A DNA stretch of 29,143 bases. Source: Macrostomum lignano. Lineage: Eukaryota. Both the position numbers and the translations under genes were made by a program. Location: contig NIVC01002318.1 of NCBI GenBank assembly GCA_002269645.1, forward strand, positions 1 through 29,143, written 5' to 3'. The stretch's first letter is position 1. Each line of letters opens with the position of its first letter. The notes beneath the pieces were generated by a model, which worked only from the letters and a program-made list of their open reading frames with translations, was not told where the DNA came from and made no database searches. Shown here piece after piece: positions 21,605 through 29,143 of the stretch.

Positions 21605-21676
21605 AGGGGGCACTCGGATTTGAACCAAGGACCTCTCGATCTGCAGTCGAATGCTCTACCACTGAGCTATGCCCCC
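21605..21676 (-). tRNA. trnC-GCA: tRNA-Cys (anticodon GCA), intronless, 72 nt
   Basis: The minus strand reads GGGGGCATAGCTCAGTGGTAGAGCATTCGACTGCAGATCGAGAGGTCCTTGGTTCAAATCCGAGTGCCCCCT: paired acceptor stem, A and B boxes, CT-GCA-GA anticodon loop, downstream oligo-T. Confidence 0.97.
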
Positions 21677-22215
21677 GTGTTGTAACAGCTGCGACTTTCG
21701 GCTATAAAACTTTATTAGAATAGCAAGCAGGAAGTATGCACAGCTGTCTAACTTCTGTTGCAGTGCTTCAAGTTAAAAACACTGAGCCAACTGCTCACCC
21801 TGTAGTGGAGTGAAGTAGAGTTGTAGTGAGTGTACGCACAATGGGTTGTACATTGTGAGGGAGAATTAGTGAACACACGATTACGAGCGTAAATGCGGAG
21901 CAAGAATTGATACGTCACTCGACTACTTGCCTAGAAAGTACATATAGACATCGATTTTACGTGATTGAAAATTATTGACTTTAGCTGGCTTGCAATACAG
22001 GTTACCATTAACAGGAGCTGCTGGATTCAAACAAAGAACCAAAATTTACTTTTAAGTATATCCTTTCTAGAATTTTAGTTACAGCTGAGTTCCCAGCTAA
22101 TCGACAGGTTTCCAGAATTGTACTCATTTCATTGTAAAACTTTCCAAACGGCTGATTAGCGGAGAGTGACAGCACAATTGATTTCCCGTGTCCAACTCTG
22201 TACATTGAGGCGTTT

Positions 22216-22464
22216 CACAAGCTCGAAGCTTCATCACAAGCTCGAAGCTTCACAAGCTCGAGGCTTTACCACAAGCTCGAAACTTCATCACAAGCTCGAA
22301 ACTTCATCACAAGCTCGAAACTTCATCACAAGCTCGAAACTTCATCACAAGCTCGAAACTTCATCACAAGCTCGAAACTTCATCACAAGCTCGAAACTTC
22401 ATCACAAGCTCGGAACTTCATCACAAGCTCGAAACTTCATCACAAGCTCGAAACTTCATCACAA
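22216..22464. repeat. 19-bp minisatellite (CACAAGCTCGAAACTTCAT)n, ~13 units
   Basis: Direct tandem units; explains ORF 22166-22486. Confidence 0.96.
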
Positions 22465-22527
22465 TCCAGAAAGGAAATTTGAGTAAGATTTCTGTACAAT
22501 CTCGCACCGCAGATCAGGCCATCAGTC

Positions 22528-22889
22528 ATGGGCATGGATCCGTACGAAGAGCGGCTGTTGATAATTCTCCTTGGAAGCGGCGTGGGTCTGCTGGCTCTCC
22601 TAACCATGCTGTTCGTCTGCTTCCGCAAGTACCGGATTGACAATAAAAATCCGCGACATCAGAGGGCGCAGCAGCGAGCCATCGGGTTTGGATGGCAGCA
22701 GCCAGGTGCGGGCCCGATGGGGAGGCACCAGATGATTTACCAACCAACCGGGCATCAGCCAACTGGCGGCCTGGCCATGATGGAGCCGGGATGCTGGATC
22801 CCGGAGTCAAAGCGGCCGACTTGATCGGGTATTATCCGCACCGGTCGCTGCCTCAGCAGCCGTTGCTGGCGAATTCTGATTCCGTATAG
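22528..22889 (+). CDS. Small single-pass membrane protein or terminal TM exon (98 aa as written; ~120 aa if one C is restored at 22770-22771)
   Basis: GC-rich island in AT-rich DNA. Hydrophobic LLIILLGSGVGLLALLTMLFVCF followed by basic RKYR (positive-inside). In-frame acceptor CCGCAG at 22512. The -1 frame continues GHDGAGMLDPGVKAADLIGYYPHRSLPQQPLLANSDSV*. Confidence 0.55.
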
Positions 22890-24593
22890 AAGCTAAGGGA
22901 GCCAGACGTAATCGACTTCTTTAGGACGGAATGCAGCAAGCTGCTGTTTGTAGATAGGAATTTGGGTAGCATATATTACAGTTTTTGGTCATTGCAACGT
23001 CATTCTTCGTAGCTGTCAATCCAAACAACCTGAGCAGTTTACCATATTGAATCATTGGACAACTAGCGTTTATATAACATGGGATCACACTTAACAAAGT
23101 TATCGAATTTATATTGATCAATTATTAAGGTTCTGCAGTTTGCACTTTTATTTAAAGCTTAACACCTCGTGCTTCCAATGTACTTTTCTGAACATGTTAT
23201 TATTAGTTGTAAAACAAACGCATATGTATATTGTTCACCTTGGACGTCTTAATCAAGGACCACTGTGGTAGAGTGGTCCTTACAGTGGTCCTTGGTATTA
23301 ATGTGTATTCTGCAATTTATCTCTTGCTTTGTGATGAAAAATAAATGTACAATTTGGTTGAGTGCGAGATCACTTAAATTTTATATCCAGGCACCATAAA
23401 CTACAATAATAATGCTTATAGTAGATATTAAGCTGACGCTACATACAGTGTACATCCGATCATCGATCGAGTGTATAGTACAGTAGGGTATATTGAGTCA
23501 TGCGCATGTTTGGACCGAATTTCATATGCTTCTATTTCTTTTATTTCATTTATTTTATTTGATTTACCAAGGGACTACATATAACACTATGTTTGAGTAG
23601 TTTTGACCCTGATTTACATGAGTATATTTACTATTAACGAATTCTAGCCTTTAGATGCAAACAAAAACATCAGAAATTAGTGCGTTAACAGCTTTACGTC
23701 TTTAAAGTTCGGTAAAACAAAAATTACTAGCTCTGTTAGTCGAATTATTGAACTAAGTTTAAGAGTTTCAAACAAAGCATTCATAAATCAGTTTGCCATG
23801 TTATACTTTCCCTAATATAAACAAGCGCTAGATCTTTCGTTTGCTTCTACAATAGTATTTAAGTTGAAAATTGTTCCGCTTTTTTAGTTTTATCTCGTGA
23901 TCTTGAATCTTGATCCTCGCTCTAAAATTTTGCTTGTGAGTGTAAATTACCTTATAAAAATTTAGAATACAATAGGGGCGTATTTTTATGAAACTTAATA
24001 CTCCAGTTTGAGTAAAATAATTTTACAGTAAAATGGTCTTTGATCATAAAGTTGGTCATATAATGGGTATAAATGCTATGAATGTTATACATGTATATTA
24101 GGATAAAAGATAAATCATGTTAACTTCCTTGTTTGTTTATAGAAGCACGAAAAATTACAGTACATACATTTACCAAACTCACACTGTCACTAATACTTTG
24201 TCTGATTTTTATATTTTATATTTTAGAAATAGAAATAATCTATTTCTAGATTTAGTTTGTATATATAAATATAATTTGATATATTATATAGACTGATAAT
24301 AGTGTATGCTAGTATATGATTAGTATATGCTAGTCATATGGGTAGGCCTATCTAATGGAAGGTCATAAGCATGCTAGAGGTGGGTATGAGCTAACAGACT
24401 GGGGCCTAGGGGTGCACACTGGCTGACAAACCACTGTTGCACTATAGACCTCTATCATCCCCAGGCAATTTAAAAAGCTATATCTAGTATATCCCAACAT
24501 ATGTGATATGCCACTATGCCAATATAGTACTATTTCTTCATTTTTAAAAGTTTCTTAAATAATTCAGCCTTGAGTTATATTTGGCCTAATTGA

Positions 24594-25091
24594 AATCAAT
24601 ATTTTCAATTTTTTTTAATTTTGTAAACATAGAAGCAGCAATTTATATTGTTTGTTTTCATTAGAAAAATAGTACAATACAGTTTTAGCATAGTTTTTAT
24701 TGTATTTAAGATTGGGAAAAACATGTTAAATCATTCAATATTGTTATGTTATATCAATCACATTATGTAATAGTAAAATCAAAGTTTTTTTGCCTTATTG
24801 GCAGTGGAACTATACTAAGTAGGGTGTCTAGTGAACAGTGATCAGCATGTTCAAGATCATGCTATGTTGTAGCCCTGGATATTACAAGTGAAATGATACC
24901 AAACTTTTGAAAATTGATCAAGTAATAAAAATATTATTCTTATTGTCTCAAAATGGTATTTTTCCCAATCTCAAAATACAATAAAAACTATGCTAAAAAC
25001 TATATTGTACTATTTTTCTAATGAAAACAAACAATATAATAAATTGCTGCTTCTATGTTTATAAAATTAAAAAAAATGAAAAAAATTGATT
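24594..25091. mobile_element. AT-rich foldback element/MITE remnant with ~130-bp inverted arms
   Basis: 24594-24721 is the reverse complement of 24959-25091 with a few substitutions and short indels. Confidence 0.7.
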
Positions 25092-26712
25092 GAAATTGAA
25101 ATATATATATTGTATATATAACAGTTTTGACACAATCAGTTTTTTGCTCTCATTTTTGTCCACTGATCACTTTGGCTAGGGTGTCCAGTGTGCCTATTTT
25201 TATCATGTGCAAAAATGAAAAACAGTGAAAAAGTGGTCTTCTTTAAATGGCTATAACTTTTTAATTTTTTTTAGATTTGGCTATGTTCTTACATTCATTG
25301 AAAAATAGACAGATAGATCTTTCAAATGACATATAGTTTTCATATTGAAGCCATACGATTACAAAGATACAGACTGTCAAACATCGTGTACATTTTTGTA
25401 CATTTTCAAAACTGTGCCAAATTTGCTTGAAAATATGGGGTCGGGAGGATTTTTTTTAGTAAATGAGTGCATAACTGCTAAGAATGCTTGCAAATTGGGT
25501 ATAGGTAACTTCTTACAGGTCATTTTAAGTGAATTTTTTGTTCAAAAATATGTACATGTACATGTAAAATTTAAAATGGCCATAACTTTTGAATGGAAAG
25601 AGTGGCCACCCTAATTCTTTTTGCTACTTACTTCTAGTGACAAAATGAAACTTTTAGGCAAAACAGGATGAGTGTAACTCTTGCTGCAGTATACTTAACA
25701 GAAATCGTCAAAATGCATGCAAATCCCTATAAGGGACATAAAAATCAGGAAATTTTTGAAGCTCAAAAGAATGGCCAGTTAGTTTATTCAATAAAATGAT
25801 AGCAAAACAGGCCAAACTGTAAACTGTAAAGGTAGATTAGTAACCTACAATATCTCTCTTCCATTTTTCATGAAAATTACAAGTGTGTATATAAGCAAAC
25901 AAATTTATATTTAATATCTGAACTTTATAAATTACAAAATATATCCCAAAAGGATAAGTGTATTCCTAAATTTTCCTTAAAAGGTCATTCAACTTAGGCA
26001 AGTGTCTCTTGACTTAAATCTAGCCAAATTCACTCTAATTTACAAGGGGTATTGCAAATTTTTTCTATACTATGTTCACTATAAATAGCAGGTTTGTTTA
26101 AATAAGTACAAAATATACCTACATTCTCTTTCACATTTGTTTTATTAAAGCATTAAATTTCACAGCAATACCATACACCTAGCAAAAAGTTATCAGCATT
26201 GCAAAACTGTAACTAAGAAATTTCTAGCACAATTTCGAATTTTGCACTTTTTTGACATAGGCAAAATGGCAAATGCTTGTATTGGTGTCAAAAAGCATTC
26301 AAGTCAAAATGTATACCAAGTTTGCAAGCTGTAATTTTTTATGCCAGAGTACACTAGGACAAGTATATAACATAAAAATATACATTGGAGAAATCTATCA
26401 TGAAAGCACCTTTTTGACTGTGGGTTGATATATGATATTATAAATAAAATTTTAATGTTACTATTAACTTTATATATTCTAAAGAGGATATAGAAGTCTA
26501 GAAAAGGGGATTAGCCCTAACATGCTCAGTTGGGTTGAGTTTTCATTGCTATTTTTAATTCTGCTATTGGACTTAAACTATTAATGATATGTAAAATTAG
26601 GCTCCAATCTTTTCTAGTTTCAGCTTCCCACACCCAATAATTTCTGTCTGCTTGGTCAGCAGCAAAGAGAACCTTCAAAGCTCCTGGTTACTGAAGCGTA
26701 GTAAAGCGATAA

Positions 26713-29143
26713 AAAAGCAATCAAACAAACAAATTTTCACCCGGCGCACCCAGGCAAAATCTGGAGTCGAAGTTGAGCGCAGGCCGGTCCCCGCACGCTT
26801 TGGTGGCTGGCAGAGGCCCGCAGCAGCCGCCGTCTGTTTCAATCCGGCCTCGCCGTAATGACGAATCGCCAGCCGGCATCCAGCAGTCCGTAGACGATCG
26901 ACGCAAACGGCTGAGCGACCAGGGCGACAAATTCTACACGGACTACGAGCAGACTCGCTCGGCCAACCCGGCCGCTGGGAAGGCGGACTTTAATAATTCG
27001 GCGTTGTCAGCCAAAGCGAAACAGCCGCCTCCGAATCGACGAACTCGCCGATCGCCGTTGGCTTATTCATCTTCGTCATCTTCGTCGGAGGACGACTCGG
27101 ACGATTCGGACGACTCAGGCGAGTGCTACCTGGAGCAGCCTGAAGCTGAGCAGCAGCCGGAGGAGCCCGTCAACGAGAGTCAGCGATCTTCGACCATATC
27201 TACTGACGACGATTCTGAGTCGGACGAGGACGAGGAGGTCGGCAGGGACCTGTACACCCAGGACTTGGACGCTGAGATTGAAACGCTGCAGATCGCTTCC
27301 ATAGAAGACTTGGTAAAGTACTCTCAGGATCACGTGACCAGAGGCCAAGCGGCCCAGCGACTTCACGAAACCAAGACAAAGCAATTGGCCCAGGCCAGAG
27401 CCAAGCAACAGAAGAAAAAGAAGCAGCAGCCGCTGCCAAATCCGCCCCAGCTGAGGAGGCCGCCGCCCAGCAGCAGAATCCAGCCGGGCTGCCAACCATA
27501 ACCGAGCGCAACTCCGAGTACTACTCAGAGTCTGAGTCTTCGCTAAGTCGCAGCTCCAGCGTTGGCTCATCTTTCGGCAAATCCGACTCTCGCGTAACCA
27601 CCGCAGCCGCCGCAGTCGCCGCCGGTAAGCAGCGCAAGGTAGACAGCATTGTCGAGGAGGCCACTGAGCCGGAGAAGACAGCGGACACAGTTGACAGCTC
27701 CGCATCCCCATCGGCCGCTCCGCCTGATCCCAACGATCCGGACAATCTTCGTCAACTTCTCACCCGCCAGTTAGCCGCATCAAAAGCCGCCGCCTCCAAA
27801 TACTCGCCGCTGCCGCTCGGCCCAAAGCCGTTCAGTGCGGCTGGTGCAGCTCAGCAAATCGCTCGGCCGCGTCCACCGCCTCCGCCGCCGCCTTCTAAGG
27901 CGCCCCATCCGATTGCTTCCAAGAAGCCGGAACAGGAACAGCAGAAGCAGCTCGCCACCGAGGCCGAGGCTGCTCCGCCCTCACCAATAGAGGAGACGCC
28001 AGTTGTCACAAACGCTCAAATGCAGAGGCAAACTCCGCCGCAGACATCGCAGGCGGCAGGCGCCAACGCCGCGGCAGATGGTAGCGCCATTGAATCGAAG
28101 CGGAACCCGGGTGTGCGCGCCCTCATCGCCAGCATGGAAGACCGCGGCCGTCCAGAGAAACCGCCGCCGCCGCCGCCGAAGCCGGCTAAGAAACCCGCAA
28201 CGCCGCCGCAGTTTGTTCAACCTCAGCCGCAGCCCCAGGCATCGGAGCAATCATCGGAGGACGAGGGTCCGGGCAGCTACGTCCGGGTGCCGACGCTGAG
28301 CGCTCTGCCCGGTGCCAAGTTGCAGTCGCAACCGGCGCCGAAACCGAGAGAACTTTCAACTCAAATGAACCAACGCCTGGGCCTGAACCCGCCGCTTGGT
28401 GCCAGCAGGGCCGCCTCGCAGCCGCAGCCGTTCCGACAACCGGCAGCCGAGGCATCTTCGGCAGCGGCTCCGTCGGCTAAATCGACGAGAATCTGGCCGA
28501 AGCGGCCCGACTGGTTAGCGCTGGCAAGAAGCAGCACGCTGACGACGTTGTTCGCGAACTGATCTCCATGGACAACACGATCGACCACGTGGACGAGGAC
28601 TTGGGTCACATCGACAAAACCCTTGGCCGCATGGCCAATTCCAATCGGTTGCTGCTGTCCAACCCGGATCTGAGCAGAGACGCAGAGCTGGACGTCAATG
28701 TTGCCGTTGGCGACATGCAGGTGCAGACGGAGGACCCGCCGACGCCGACGCCTGTTAAATCCAGAGCGGCTGCCGTTGCAGTCAAAGAGACTTCCATTGA
28801 CTCGGAAGAAGAGGAATCTGAAGAAGAGAGCAGCAGCTCGTCAAGCTTTGAGTCCTCATCTGACGACGATGACGACGATGAAGGTAGAGAAGAAGAAGAA
28901 GCTGTACAGGAACCTGCTGCTCCATCGAAACCGGCTCCACCTGCAGTTTCAGTTGCCGCCACCACGCCAACTTCATCGTCATGCTACGACTGCTACTCAA
29001 AAGCCTCAACCGGCGGAGAAGGCAACAGCCTCCGCAGCCGCTCCATCGCGACCCAGCCTAGCCGACAAGTTCAGTCGGATCAGTCAGGATAGCCTGACCC
29101 CGATAACAGCTCCGCTGAGCAGCCGCCGTTGCCAACGCCGTCA
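26713..29143 (+). CDS. Large low-complexity (Pro/Ser/Glu/Ala-rich) protein, partial; ~800 codons split by apparent frameshifts near 27401, 28480, ~28975 and 29100
   Basis: Continuous GC-rich coding-like sequence. Frame 1 is open 26713-27501, frame 3 from ~27400 to 28562, and frame 2 from 28481 to 29092. Adding one base to a homopolymer joins the frames (gcc[c]aa, gctaaa[a]tc, acccc[c]ga). No ATG start is identified, and the region runs off the right edge. Confidence 0.75.

Noticed and set aside
21605-21676. Functional link between tRNA-Cys and the neighbouring Cys-rich genes
   Set aside because: Eukaryotic tRNA supply is not local; the proximity is most simply coincidence.
20811-22486. Short repetitive ORFs (MPIGSMGELL..., TSSKLHHKLE...) and ORF 21440-21685
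   Set aside because: Minisatellite translations and the antisense reading of the tRNA gene.
23254-23294. 13-bp perfect inverted repeat CAAGGACCACTGT/ACAGTGGTCCTTG with an internal partial duplicate
   Set aside because: Real but tiny and isolated; no context to support a function.
25345-25614. 89-aa ORF in AT-rich DNA
   Set aside because: Non-ATG start, AT-rich composition unlike the real exons here, and it overlaps repeat-like motifs.

Overview
Eukaryotic, intron-containing DNA from an invertebrate animal. A free-living flatworm such as Macrostomum is plausible but is inference only. Main content: (1) the 5' seven coding exons of a minus-strand DUR3-like urea/solute:cation symporter, with a foldback MITE in one intron; (2) three intronless paralogs (8200-8685, 14920-15432, 19046-19513) of a secreted protein I cannot assign to a known family: 21-aa signal peptide, Asp/Glu-rich tract, then a 94-aa 8-cysteine domain, each with a TATA box and a CACGTG E-box; (3) a decayed Crypton/DUF3504-type tyrosine-recombinase region (about 10.5-13.2 kb) dense in hairpins and CCATAGAC motifs, the same motif found in the intronic MITE; (4) a tRNA-Cys(GCA), a tRNA-derived CORE-like SINE and a non-LTR retrotransposon 3' fragment; (5) six different minisatellites and two long microsatellites, which explain most of the long ORFs in the track; (6) a small single-TM ORF and a >2.4 kb disordered-protein coding region. 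Several genes have single-base deficits at homopolymers, which suggests long-read consensus error. All coordinates and counts were done by hand, and no database search was run.
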